A stretch of DNA of 64,000 nucleotides from Octopus vulgaris. Its lineage: Eukaryota. Of the stretch, positions 34,996 to 48,618 are shown in pieces. The notes under the pieces were generated by a model. That model had not been told where the DNA came from. It searched no databases and worked only from the letters and a program-made list of their open reading frames with translations. Where the stretch lies: positions 56,916,001-56,980,000 of the forward strand of contig OX597814.1 of the NCBI GenBank assembly GCA_951406725.2, read 5' to 3'. The position numbers and the translations under genes were made by a program. The number at the start of each line of letters is the position of its first letter. The first letter of the stretch is position 1.

Positions 34996-37900
34996 TACAA
35001 CAAACAAGATGAGGACAAATATCCGTCAGACCTAAAAGATGAATGACATTCTTGACGATTATTTAAACTCAACCTTGCCTTAATTTAAAGACAAGCTGCC
35101 ATTTACAGGTGACTAGTCTGAATTTTTTTCTATGGCTGACTCACTCTGACCTCACTATTTAACATGATAAAGAAAACTTCAACAGGTAGGTTAAGTAGAA
35201 AGACCTTCCCACCTGCTAAGAAAACTACCTGTGTTTTGTAGATTTTGCTGTTGTCTTTTTTTATTTTTATGGCAACTTCTGTATTATTTATAGACAAAAT
35301 CCCAGCAAAGTTTGAAAAGGATTGCAATACAGTCATTGCTGCAATTGATGTTGTCTCACCAGTTATTGTTAACATGAATTGTTAAAAGAGCTTATTGCTC
35401 TTTTCCGTTTCTTTTTCCTTTTTTTCTGGACAGGTTAGAAGAGTTATTGTACAGCTGCTACTACTGCTGTTACCGATGATGAACAGTGTCGGCGACGAAG
35501 ACGAAATTTTTTTTTCTCTGTTGTTATGGTTACTGGCGCCATATTAAATGTTTTATTAGCTGTTGTCATCGTTGTTGTTGCTGCCCCTCAAGTGATAGCT
35601 ATTAGGGTTGTCATACAAATGAAATGCTGTTGCTATAGTTTTTTCCCGCCACTGTTGTTACTAGTGATATCGCTGTTGCTGTGGCTGGTGCTACACACAT
35701 TTCATAATATTGATGATAATGGTGATAATGATAATGATGATGATGATAATGATTATAATGATGATGAGTGCTCTTTTCTTATAGTTTTCCCAGAAGAGGT
35801 AGGGCGGTGCTCATTATCTTTTTGATTTCCGAAACTCGTGTGTGTATGTATGGGGGTGAGAAACTAGATGCCTGACCCAGGACTTGGTAAAGGCAATCAA
35901 TGGCACGCTGGTAGTGTCAAAGTGAATGACTGATTAAACATACTACCTAGGGTGAGTCATAGACTTGGGTTGACCCAAGGTTATTGTAGAAGTCACTTGC
36001 TTGAAGTAACACGCAGCGTACCATGAACTATGTGTTTGCGAAACAAACCTCTGACATTTACGGCCTTGCTTGTACTCTTATAGTACATCTGTTGAGGGGA
36101 TAGCAAATTTAGCTGCGGTTCTTCACTGTAGCTTACGAATATATTTTTATTTTTAGCTCTCTTACGTAAACGAATACTGTATCTTTTGGTATATTTGTTA
36201 CCACATAGCCAGTAATAACGACAGATAAGGTTAAAAAAGAAAAACTAAGATAAAAGCAGGTAATTTTCCTGCGCTATTAAAGTCTCGTTACATTTTAAAG
36301 TAATACCCACATATGTTTACTAAGCTTGTTCTGAAAGAGTCTAACTGAAAGTAATCGGAGAGTGCATAATGTCAAGTCGATATAATAGAACACAATCAGA
36401 ATAAAAAGACACTGTAAGTGAAAAGTGTTAATCTGTCTCAATCTTGTAGTCACGTATTTTAACTTATTAGAAAGAGATGACATAGATTTGCAGAGGGTTC
36501 GAAGTTAATGTCTCTGAGTTAGTCGTCCTATTCTTGTATATTTGGCTGTTTTACCTTTCTCTGTGGTATTCGGTTTATTATTTTTTTTTTATGAATTCGA
36601 CAGAACAGGAAAAGGAGTAAATAGAAACCATTTTTACAGGACTTTCGAGATTTTTAGTAAAAATATACGTAGGAACAACGAAAGTACGACTCATAGGATG
36701 CTGGTGTTTAACCTCAACTCATCCCTGATCAAGCACATCTATCAGCAAAGGCATTCTAGAGGTGAGGGTCTTGATATTTATTTTAGGAACAGCGTATAGT
36801 GGAATACGTTATCCAATTTACTCTACCTTAACGCATCAATATATCAGGTTGTTCCCAAGTCGAAGACGTGATCCAATTGTTTGTAACAAGCTGGAATGTA
36901 CAATGTGCACTCACAGTCGAGATGGTGGTATTAAGCGAGTGATAAAAAACAGTCTAGCACGCATAAATAAAGTATACAGGTATGGTTTATGAAGTCTCAG
37001 CTTGAACAGTTTCATCGCTTAATATTTTAACTTTAACTTCACACGTTTAGTACTCCAGAACTCACCCCCTGTCAACATTTTCTATTCAAGCATCACCTTA
37101 CAGACAGTCAAGTAAAATATCACATAATCGTTGTCAGTCATGTACGACCTGCAAATGTTATGAGCGCTGATCCTACTGCTTAATTTAAATAAAAAGAAAG
37201 AACATTATTGTGCTACAGCTGGTTTGCATGAGACTTGGACGTTGATGTTCAGTAGTAGTGAAGTAAGAAGAAATGGTGTTTTGGGTAAATTGGGAAGAAA
37301 TGCGGTAGCTAGTTCAGAAGAACATTGTCAGTCATAGTATCGTAAGAATAACTAGAGAGGAGTGACAGCCTGTACACGGCACAGGGATAATAGTGTGTTG
37401 GGGAGAGGGCACTTGTAAGTTAGTAAGATTACCTTCTTTCGGATGCGGTCTATTTGTATGTGTGTAGCTGCATCACTGTCAAGGATATGGGAGCGGTATT
37501 ACATTGGGGTTTTACTTGATCTCTGTAAAAGGTCAACACCTAAAGTTATTTCTGGTCTTGAAGTAAACAGTCTTTGAGATGTTACTGCCCCGTTATTTAT
37601 TCACATTTGTAAATAAAACCCTCATAAGTCTACTAAGCTTGTTCAGAAAGCGTCTAACTATCAGCAATCAGAAAATGCATGTTGCCAAGTCGATATAATA
37701 GCAGATAATCAATAAAGATTACATACGATTCATGTCCTATCGTCGGTACTCATTTGTCTTGTGAGTAGAGATAATACAAGTACATTAAGTCAATGTTGTA
37801 GAATAAAAAAATAACGAGTGCTTTGTCGGCTTGCAGTTCAGAGATCAGTTCTCAGATCGGTTTTTCCTGTAGAGGAAAAACATTACCTCTGTCAGACTCG

Positions 37901-39902
37901 TGCTTTGCCATCTGGGAGCAGATATACCTCTCATTCCTTTAATGTTAGCGTTAATCAGTGATAAACACCAGTGCATAGATCAGAGTTATTGTGCAAGGCT
38001 TACCATATTAATAAGAAGCGTGATCAATTTCAAGGATCGGTGGGTTGACGAGATGTTCATGTTGATTTAAGTGCGTCAAATAAAATAGTGAGAATAGTCA
38101 AATCCAAATTATTTTTCAGAAATGGATAATAGATTTGGCTTGTTCAGAAAAATATGAAATAAAGAACGTTCAATTGTGACTATCTTTTGGACTTGGTACT
38201 AAAGCTCTACATTTTAATGTAAAGGGAAGCTATATTGTGACATTGCTGCTGTTTTGTTATTTGTCTGTAAACTGAATCATTTGATCGGTTTAACATCACA
38301 ACTTGGGTCCTCGGAGTTAGCATTATTATAAGCAATCAGGCCGGGTTTCTTAATTTCTTGCTTTGCTTCAACCACTCTCTGGAAAGGATGATAGATGCTA
38401 CCCTTGTTTATCTGATTAAAAACATATTGTGAATTAAATTAGCTTGATGGAAAAGTCAAAACTAATTTGTGGGCTTAACTGGATCTTATTTTTTTCTTTG
38501 TCCACAATCTAGAATGACATACTGGTTAATTTCTGCCTTTATACTAGAAATAAACTCTGGATGAATGAAGTGTATGATACATTCTATTTTTGTACATGCA
38601 AGTTTCACTCACACATATAACCATGATAACCATGGGAAAAGGATAAACGTCCAAATAACACGTTTTTCTCTCACTACACGCAACTGACCCATCATTGCAG
38701 TTTTGTCTTATCTTGAAATCTACATTTTGTCACGATTAAATAAAGAACGGATGTCATATTTACATAGAGTTTTATAGTTATTTGAAATATATCAGAATAT
38801 AAATATAGATTATTATTGCCTGAAAAGAGGTTTTCTTTGGTTGATTAATGAGGTTAATGAATAAATGACTCATCTACAAATTATCCTGGGCTACATCAAC
38901 CGAATCACCAGCATTCATTGTATTTGTATACCATGATAATTACTCCGAAAGAAATTTAGTGGGTTGACTAACTAAAAGAATATTCCAATGATTGGAATGT
39001 AATACGAGAAAACAGCCTCGCTATACTCACCAGGGTTGTATGTGTGACTGTTGTAATTATGCTTGTAATATGATTAAAAAAATCACATGCCTCTGATTTT
39101 ATAAATGTAGCTCTTGTGATTATTCCTTCCTTCCTTCCTTCCTTCCTTCCTTCCTTCCTTCCGTCATTCATTCATTCATTCATTCATTCATTCATTCAGT
39201 CATTCATTTATTTAGCTGTTCAAACAGTTGATGTTTACGTTTCAGCTAGATTTCTTGTTCTATATGCTGTATTAGCTTGAGGATTAGGTAAATATAGCCA
39301 TAAGAATGTAATGGTTTTTGTGAGAGAAGATATGATGCGTTAGACCTGTTACATCACCGAATCCTGCGTTGTCGTATCAATCTGCACCATATTTCTGACA
39401 ACATATTTTTAACTTTTTTGTTTTTTACTTGTTTCAGTCATTGGACTGTAGCCATGCTGGGGCACAACCTTGAAGGGTGTTGTCGAAAAAATCTACCCCA
39501 GTACATTTTGCTTCAGTTTAGTACTTATTCTACCGGTATCTTTTGTCGAATCACTAAGTTACGGGACGTAAACAAACCAGCATCGGTTATCAAGCGATTA
39601 AAATAAAAATATTATTTTTATTCTTTCACTTTATTTCATGTCTTAAAGTTCTGTCACCTTTTTAATCCATTATAACCGTGTTTTTTACATTTGCAAACTT
39701 CTTTCTTCCTATTTATTTGTTTTCTATTTATTTTCTATTTATTTATGTTTACTAATCATAATAGTTTGTATATGTATAACGTATATTCAAAACCTACCAA
39801 TCAAATAAAATCTCTAAACATAGCCTGTAACTTTAACATGCTAACACTATACATTTCCCTCAAAAGATAAAATGATCACATTAGTCGAGTTAGCTCTTTT
39901 TG

Positions 39903-40020
39903 AACCCTGACGAAGTCCTACCATAAAATAGTATAAATGTGGCAACTTCCTTGGTATTAGACAACATGCTTGGAGATTCCCATCATCTAAAGTGGCCCGA
40001 CAGAAACATATATGTAGGTT
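39903..40020 (+). ncRNA. Type-I hammerhead motif with long loop II
   Basis: AACC-CTGACGA-A-GTC...GAC-A-GAAAC-ATATAT-GTA^GGTT. Stem I AACC/GGTT, palindromic stem III, stem II short or degraded. Confidence 0.62.
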
Positions 40021-40321
40021 ACGTCTTTCTTAACTTTTTAGAGCTTTCAACTTCCTATCACTTTATTTATTTATTTGTAGTGTTTTTTTTCTTCCAAAAA
40101 TGTCATCTTTCTGCAACATGCAAAGAAATCAGTAATTACATCCATTTATTCTCCATTTTCTTCTTGTTTTTCCTTCAATATTAAAAATTTCAATAATCCT
40201 AAACATATACCAATGATTTTACCATTATATGATACGGATTGAACCAGTGGAATACCTCCGATTATATAATCCCTAATGAGGACTTAACTTCCTCGAATTA
40301 ACTATATATATATATATATGC

Positions 40322-40352
<31 letters not shown>

Positions 40353-40899
40353 AGTATGTATATGTTTGTGTGTGTGTATTTGTGCCCCACCATCGTTTGA
40401 TAACCGATGCTGGTGTGTTTACGTCCTCCCTAACATTGCGCTTCGGCAAAACAACCGATAGAATAAGTACTAGGGGTCGATTTTTTTCGACTAAAGGCGG
40501 TGCTCCAGCATGACCGCAGTTAAATGACTGACAAAATAAAAGAAAGAAAAGAAAAAGAATATATATATGTATATACGTCGGGATTCCACACAGTTTCCTT
40601 CGACTAAATTCACTTATACGGCATTGGTCGGCCGGGAGTACAGCAGAAGGCACTTTCCCAAAATACCGTACAGTGGGACTGAACTCAAACCTATGTAGCC
40701 GTTAATTTCTTTCGATTTTATTGTCTTCTTTTACTTTGTTTCTAATATCAAACCGTGAAAGCCAGTATAAGTTGTTGGTGATACATACGACGGATTCTTC
40801 ACAGTTTCCGAAACCCAAATTCCACACAAGGTATTGATCAACTCGGGTCTATGATATAAAGCACTCGCCAGTTGCCTGAGATACCGCATAATGGGATGT

Positions 40900-41075
40900 C
40901 TGGGATAAATTGACCACATCGACCCCAGTCCTCAATTGGCACTAATTTAATCGATCCCGAAGGGATGAAAGACAAAGTCGACCGCGACGGAATTTGAACT
41001 CAGAACGTAAAGACGGACGAAATGCTGCTAAACATTTTGCCCGGCGTGCTAATGGTTGTGCCAGCTCGCCACTTT
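40900..41075 (-). mobile_element. SINE family A
   Basis: Reverse complement starts GTGGCGAGCTGGCACAACCATTAGCACGCCGGGC. Confidence 0.8.
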
Positions 41076-41558
41076 ACACAATATTAGAAATTTTAAAAAT
41101 ATAATAAATTAAAATATTTCATTGCTTTGCCCATATTTTCTTGTCATTTTGCACTTCAACAACAGTTGTTACTCAAATGTAGCTAAGTATGCAGAAGCAT
41201 ATTTCAGTTCTTGGGGATCTGAAACAAATCCATTTGTGACACTTGTCCCCCTGGATAGGACGCCAGTCTATGTTACGATGTTTCTTTTTACCTTCATTTA
41301 TAAAAAACAGTCAATTCTAAACCCCAAATCTAGCGAATCATTTTCCAAGTGGTCAGTGCACTGCACTGCTTATAGCGTGAGAGTTGTACGAAGAAACAAT
41401 AGAAATAGCAGTCAATCTCTTTCAAAATCACACTCTAACATTTTAATGAAAGAACACATTAAATAATGCAACTTTACATGATAGCTTGTTCACGAGTGGA
41501 ATCTCTTTGCCCATGGATCTACTTGATCAGTGATGACCTTGGCCTAAGCACCACCACC

Positions 41559-41590
<32 letters not shown>

Positions 41591-41812
41591 CGTCGAAATG
41601 TATATCCTCGCCTTATCTATTTAGATCTAAGTGGATTAGGTAACTGTACGTTAAGTCTATCATTACGTAATTCCTGTCACAACTGTAACCAACCCTTTAT
41701 TCGTATTTCACCTTGTTTGTAAAATAAGCTGTAAAATAGATTAGGGGATAAGATATGCATTTCTCGTATGAATATCAATAAATTTCTATGATATCTCCAG
41801 TAATATTAGTGA

Positions 41813-42342
41813 AGGCGCATGGGTCAATGGTTAGAGCGTCGGGCTCACAATCATGAGGTAGCGAGTTCCATTCGCTACGGACCGGCTGTGTATTGTGTTC
41901 TTGTTCTTTATTTCACGTTGCTCCAGTTCACTCAGCTGTAGAAATGTGTAGCGACATCAAGATGCATCGGCTTTGCCTTTCCCTTGAACACTGTAGAGAG
42001 GGGAGGCTGGTATGCATGGACGACTGCTGGTTTTCTATAAACAACCTTGTCCAGATGTGCCTCGGAAGGTAACTTTCTAGGTGCAATGTATAACGGCGGC
42101 GCATTGTGTCCTTCAGCAAGACACTTTGTTTGACGTTGCTGTAGTTCACTCAGCTGGCAAAAATAAGTAGCACCTGTATTTGAAAAGGCCAGCCATGTCA
42201 CACTCTATGGCTCGCTGAATTTCCCTGAGAACTACGTTATGGGTACGCCTGACTGTGAATGGTTCAACCATTTGCACGTTAATTTCACGAGCAGGCTGTT
42301 CCGTTGATCGGATCAACTGGAACCCTTGTCGTCGTAAGTGAC
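41813..42342 (+). mobile_element. Composite SINE family B (two body modules)
   Basis: tRNA-like head; the CORE-like block occurs twice, each followed by a different tail. Confidence 0.78.
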
Positions 42343-42504
42343 AGATTGCCAATATATATAAAATACAGGCACAACATCGATTTTCCGAAAGCTTTGGTTC
42401 CAAATGAAATAGAGGTACGTGGACATTGGTGTAAATTAGAATGGATCATAAGAGGTTCCGGACCATCAGCGTCCGGAAACTTGGTGTTGCACAAGTATAT
42501 AAAA

Positions 42505-43036
42505 GTGGCGAGCTAGCAGAATCATTAGCACGTTGGGCAAGAAGCTTAACGACATATCGTCCAGCAGTTTTACGCTCTAAGTTCAAATACCCACGAAGTC
42601 AACATTACTTTTCATCCTTTCCAGGTTGATAAAATAAATACCAGCTAAGTACTTATTATAATCGATTTGCTCCCTATTCTCAAAATTGCTGGCTTTGAAC
42701 CAAAAAAAAAGAAAGAGAATTACAATGAATTATATTAAGCATCGTTTTATCCCAATATAAGTAATGGTAGCGATGGGTGAAGGGACAACTCCGGTTACTA
42801 AAAGTATTCTTTTCTACTCGAGACACAAGGGCTGCAGTTTTGGGGGAGAGAGCCAGTCGATCAGATCGACCCCTGTGCGTAACTGGTACTTAATTTATTG
42901 ACCCAGAAAGGATGAAAGGCAAAGTCGACCTCGGCGGAATTTGAACTCAGAATGTGAAGACAGACGAAATGCCTATTTCTTTACTACCCACAAGGGGCTA
43001 AACACAGAGTGGACAAACAAGGACAGACAAACGGAT
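42505..43036. mobile_element. Two SINE family A copies tail-to-tail (plus 42505-42720; minus 42805-43036)
   Basis: Shared head and central block. The minus copy has a Tx1-type tail fused upstream of its body. Confidence 0.78.
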
Positions 43037-43492
43037 TATATATAAAAGCTCGTTTTTCCAGCGAGCACCACTTCACTTCGTCTTGGCTTAACAGCCCTCA
43101 CCGTGTATTTTTACTGTTTTGTTCTTTCTGTCCTGTTTTTGTTACCATTTTAACCCTCCGCAAAAAAATCCCAAATTTTATTTAATTTGCTTTGCGGGAA
43201 GGAATGTATAAACGAAGTCGCGGAGTAGATAAAACAGGGACAACTGATGAAGGGAATGAACTTAACGTTGCCTGTCTCGTTTCTCTATTTGTTTTTTTTC
43301 GTTGTTCGAAAAAAGTTCATTTTCTATGTTCTTGTTTTTTAAATTCTCGTTTCTCATTTTGTTCACGTTTTTTTTATGTCCTGTACATATATGTATGTAG
43401 GTATGTACATATATGTATGTATATATTTATATATTATTTATATAATTATGCCACGCATCCATACATATATGTATGTATATATTTATATATAA

Positions 43493-43723
43493 GGCGGCGA
43501 GCTGGTAGAAACGTTAGCACGCCGGGCGAAATTCGTAGCCGTATTTCGTCTGTCGTTACGTTCCGAGTTCAAATTCCGCCGAGGTCGACTTTGCCCTTCA
43601 TCCTTTCGGGGTCGATAAATTAAGTACCAGTTACGCACTGGGGTCGATGTAGTCGACTTAATCCCTTTGTCTGTCCTTGTTTGTCCCCTCTGTGTTTAGC
43701 CCCTTGTGGGTAGTAAAGAAATA
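43493..43723 (+). mobile_element. Full-length SINE family A
   Basis: GGCGGCGAGCTGGTAGAAACGTTAGC...GAGTTCAAATTCC...GCCCCTTGTGGGTAGTAAAGAAATA. Confidence 0.9.
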
Positions 43724-43777
43724 TATATATTTATATATTATTTATATAATTATGCCACGCATCCATTTCCAAGTAAG

Positions 43778-43812
<35 letters not shown>

Positions 43813-44911
43813 CTCAAATTAAAGGTTACCTACCTCAACAGAAGATTAAAAATCCAGTGAATGTACTTGTATATTAGCTATTTTAACAGTTGAATACTTA
43901 TATTTGATATTCCACAATAAGTTAATTAGATTAACCGAGGTCTACGATTATTTAAGAAAAATAAGGAAATAGGGATAGATAAATTAATAATTATTTATTA
44001 AAGCCAATGCTTTTTGTCCGGTGTTCTAATGATTCTGTCAGCTAGCCGACATCGAGAGCGTATTAAATAATATAGTCTCATACACCCAGCAAAAATACAG
44101 GATGGTTGCGACTAGCAAACCTTTAACCTTGGATATGTTTTATCAAAGCTGACCCGTGATTAAACAACCACAACGCGAATAACAACAATTGGGAGTAACT
44201 TATTTTGTGATATGTGTGTATTATGGCTTTCTGAAGGCTTCGGAGTGGAAATAATATTTTCATAAATGATAAATATATTTTCTTCTCTTTCAAAATCGCC
44301 TTTATATTTTTTATATTGTATACGTTTAATTCTTTTAGATTTTCATACAAAGCAAAAAGAAAATGAGGCGCCAATCTCAAACACGTTTCGAAATAAGGAC
44401 CCATTTGAAATAAATAAATAAATAAATAGATAAATAAATGAATGAATAAAACACCCCCCCCCCCCACTAACTGTAGAACAATGAAATAGTTGTTTAAAAA
44501 TTTCTTTTGGATAAAATTTTATGTACCTTTGTATATTTTTTTATGCAAGTTATAATATATATATATGTGTGTATGTGCGCGTGCGTCTGAATTTATATTG
44601 TGCGTACGCATTCAACAAAATACATAAGCTTTTGGATTCAAAATTAAGCTTAGTCATTAGTTTTGCAGAAGTTTTGATATTTGTGTGGGCAGCTGTGAGA
44701 ATACATGCATACATACATACATACACACATACATACATACATACATACATACATACATACATACATACATACATACATACATACATACATACATACAAGT
44801 ATAAATGTATGCATACACGCACACACATATATATTATAGATGCATATATATTATATATATATAGGTATGTGCGTATCTATATGCATATATTATATGACAA
44901 ACTACACATAC

Positions 44912-44964
<53 letters not shown>

Positions 44965-44965
<1 letters not shown>

Positions 44966-45660
44966 ACAGAGTCTCCTCAAAAAATGGATACGCACTTCTG
45001 CATGACATAACCCACATCTTTTTTTTTCTTTTCAGATTTCATCCATCAGAATTAATAATGGCATCAAAACTTAGCTTTAAACAAAGGAAGTTCATTTTAA
45101 AATGCTACTGGAAGTTTGAAAACGCAGTTCAAGTCGAAAGGCAGAAGAAGGAAGTTTCAATCAAATCCGGCTAAGCGGACAACTATCTTTCGAATCAAGA
45201 ATAAATTTGAATCTGGTGGAACTGTACAGAATTTACACAGGAAGCATTCAGGAACACCAGCGACATCAATTAGCTCCAGAAAGTTACCGGAAATATTTTA
45301 CAGAAGTCCAAGAAAATCTTTGTACGAGCCGTCATGTAGGGATTTCGAAAAGGTCTGTCCATCACATTTTGAAGCGCTGCAATTGGAGAAGTTATATCCC
45401 AACATTAGTCCATGCTATCAATGAAGATGATCCAGACAGGGGATTGAAGTATTGCGAATGGTAATTGTCAAAATGCTTAGAAGATCCACGCTTTCCAACA
45501 AAATTTGTGTAGAGTGATGAGGCTACATTTAAATTAAATGCTCAAATTGCCTGAAAATCCGTATGTTACGGTAGAACGTGGAGTTAATTTACCAGAAGTT
45601 ACAGTGTGGTGTGGGCACAACATCAAGAAGAATGGACATCAGTTCGAAAACTGGCCATTA
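44965..45660 (+). pseudogene. Internally deleted Tc1/mariner-superfamily transposase (Tc3-like/DUF4817-type N-terminus)
   Basis: MASKLSFKQRKFILKCY..., [44 protein letters not shown]. Confidence 0.75.
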
Positions 45661-45662
45661 TA

Positions 45663-46074
45663 TACTCTTTTACTCTTTTACTCTTTTACTTGTTTCAGTC
45701 ATTTGACTGCGGCCATGCTGGAGCACCGCCTTTAATCGAGCAACTCGACCCCGGGACTTATTCTTTGTAAGCCCAGTACTTATTCTATCGGTCTCTTTTT
45801 TGCCGAACCGCTAAGTGACGGGGACGTAAACACACCAGCATCGGTTGTCAAGCGATGCTAGGGGGACAAACAGAGACACACAAACACACACATATATATA
45901 TACATATATACGACAAGCTTCTTTCAGTTTCCGTCTACCAAATCCACTCACAAGGCATTGGTCGGCCCGGAGCTATAGCAGAAGACACTTGCCCAAGATG
46001 CCACGCAGTGGGACTGAACCCGGAACCATGTGGTTGGTTAGCAAGCTACTTACCACACAGCTACTCCTGCGCCT
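45663..46074 (-). mobile_element. Full-length SINE family C
   Basis: Head AGGCGCAGGAGTAGCTGTGTGGTAAG...GGTTCAGTCCC; tail of 8-bp AAAGAGTA tandem units. Confidence 0.88.
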
Positions 46075-46218
46075 ATATAATCTATAAAAAATGCATTTCA
46101 ATAAATTTTGCCTTTACATGCATTATTTAAACTATGTACACAGTTTGGGGGTTTAAGTGCAATTAAATAATGCTTGTAGATCATGTTATTTTCTGGAAAG
46201 AACGTGCATTTTAATAAA

Positions 46219-46260
46219 TACTAGCAGAGATACCCGGCCTTGCTCGGGATTAAAATTGCA
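46219..46260 (-). mobile_element. Helitron-like 3' terminus
   Basis: Minus strand has hairpin CCCGAG-CAAGG-CCGGG about 10 nt before CTAG|T. Confidence 0.5.
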
Positions 46261-46921
46261 TAGTTCTTTTATTGTTTTACTTGATTCAGTCATGTGACTG
46301 CGGCCATACTGGAGCACCGCCGTTGGTCTAACAAATCAATCACAGGATTTATTCTTTGTAAGCCCAGTACTTATTCTATCAGTGTCTTTTGCTGAACCGC
46401 TAAGTTATGGGAACGTAAACACGGCAATATCGAATGTCAAGCAATGGTCGGGGTATAAACGCACACACACACACACACACACACAATTATATGCACATAT
46501 ATACGACAGTCTTCTTTCAGTTTCCCTGTACGAGAGATTTTTCTACAAGTGGCTAGCACGCATGAAATAGTCAATAGACAACATATTTTTCGTATAAAAT
46601 TAGTGCTCATTCATACACAAAAGAGGTGACCCTAACAGGACACCTTACATGCTGGAAGGAACAGTCAAAGTCCAAACCACGGTTAAGAGCAATTTCGAAG
46701 GGGATGAAAAATGAAAAATATTTTCAATAGTTATCACTTCTACCTAGGTTTCGAACATTAATGAACAAATAAAATAATTTGTTGTGCGTGTTCTCACCAG
46801 CAAGGGCGCTAAAAATTAACATATAATTATTGGACAAATTACACGTCCCATCCTTATACATTATAATTTTTCAAATCCACCTCGCAAGCACAGTTATATA
46901 TATATCCATACACACACACAC

Positions 46922-46964
<43 letters not shown>

Positions 46965-47145
46965 CATATACGTATATATTCATATATACATACATACATA
47001 TACATATATATATACATATATACACACACACATATATATATATATACATATATATAAATATAAACATACACAGACACATATATACATATATATATATACG
47101 CATATATGTATATATACACATAAATATGCATACATATACACACAC

Positions 47146-47199
<54 letters not shown>

Positions 47200-47544
47200 A
47201 TACGTATATATGTATATATACACATAAATATGCATACATAAATATATATATATATACACACTTATAAGAACATAATTTTATAACTTTGTTAAGCCTAAAG
47301 GTAATTTCGTTAAACCGAAGAGCAAAAATAAAAAATAGGACTGCAGCTATAAGTGCTCAGGTGACATCGAGGCGAGAGGTATAATTGAAAGGTATAATGA
47401 ATAAACACTCTGTTCAATCAAAACTAAAAAAATATGCAATGGAGCTAAAATAATATAAATATAAATATATAAAAATACAGGAGTATGAATATAAAAAAAT
47501 GAAGTGTAAGGAAACAAGAACATAGACCATTCAAGTCTATCACT

Positions 47545-47822
47545 ACGAGCGTGAGGTTGTGAGTTCGAATCACGAACAGGGCTGCATGTTGTATTCTTGA
47601 GCAAGACACTTTATTTCACGTTACTCCAGTTCCCTCAGCTGTAGAAATGAGTTGCGACGTCACTGATGTCAAGCTTTTGCCTTTCCCTTGGATGACATTG
47701 GTGGCGTGGAGAGGGGAGGCTGGTATGTACGGTCTTTCATAAACAACCTTGCCCGGACTTGTGCCTCGGAGAGTAACTTTCTAGGTGCAATCCCATGGTC
47801 AGTCGCAACCGAAGGCGGTCTC
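47545..47822 (+). mobile_element. SINE family B, 5'-truncated
   Basis: GAGTTCGAATC B box, CTTGAGCAAGACACTTTATTTCACG, tail TTCTAGGTGCAATCCCATGG. Confidence 0.8.
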
Positions 47823-47830
47823 CGCATATC

Positions 47831-47922
<92 letters not shown>

Positions 47923-47970
47923 TGAATTGAAGAAATGGAGCTGAACGTAGATTGAACAGAAATCGTTTTA

Positions 47971-48059
47971 TTTCATTCTACACGTGTTTCGAAAGGCACA
48001 AATTACCAAAATCCGATTGAATAATGGGACCATATTGTGTCTTTCTCTTCAGGAAGAAA
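47971..48059 (-). ncRNA. Mirror copy of the same hammerhead
   Basis: Left arm of the palindrome. Confidence 0.82.
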
Positions 48060-48321
48060 ATAGGAAATCCGTTGGAAAAAACAAAAACAGAACAGAGGCG
48101 GAGCAAAAACAAATCGAACTAGGCTCCTAAGAGCCCATGGCGAAACTGTTTATCAGTGTATGTTGAGAACCGGTGGCTGAAGAATTTAACGTTAAATTCT
48201 TCAGCCACCGGTTCTCAACATACACTGATAAACAGTTTCGCCATGGGCTCTTAGGAGCCTAGTTCGATTTGTTTTTGCTCCGCCTCTGTTCTGTTTTTGT
48301 TTTTTCCAACGGATTTCCTAT

Positions 48322-48410
48322 TTTCTTCCTGAAGAGAAAGACACAATATGGTCCCATTATTCAATCGGATTTTGGTAATTTGTGCCTTTCGAAACACGTG
48401 TAGAATGAAA
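48322..48410 (+). ncRNA. Intact type-I hammerhead ribozyme
   Basis: TTC-CTGAAGA-GAAAGACACAA-(loop)-TTGTGCCTTTC-GAAAC-ACGT-GTA^GAA. All core bases present, stem II 10/11 paired, palindromic stem III. Confidence 0.85.
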
Positions 48411-48618
48411 TAAAACGATTTCTGTTCAATCTGCGTTCAGCTCCATTTCTTCAATTCACCAATAATATTTTAATTTCAATTATCCGCACCAACGCACGGT
48501 TGCAACACCATATGGTTGTACCTCCAACCGTGCTGTTTACTGCTGTGATTTTTGCTACTAAGGTATCGGTTAAACTTTTGATTAATCTACTACAAGATTA
48601 TTCATCTTTCTATTTCAC

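Larger units (their letters stand above)
33700..35040 (-). mobile_element. Penelope-like element 3' fragment with an inverted pseudo-LTR copy at its 5' side
   Basis: 33700-33893 is the reverse complement of 34527-35040, which is expanded by (TAA)n and a SINE C piece at 34660-34817. GIY-YIG coding sequence lies between the copies. Confidence 0.85.

Noticed and set aside
35100-35830. Possible host exons (AG...GT-bounded segments; 99-aa hydrophobic ORF)
   Set aside because: No recognisable domain and low-complexity composition; cannot be supported without RNA data.
43244-43310. CTGATGAAGGG as a hammerhead core
   Set aside because: No stem II closing onto GAAA and no stem I or III found.
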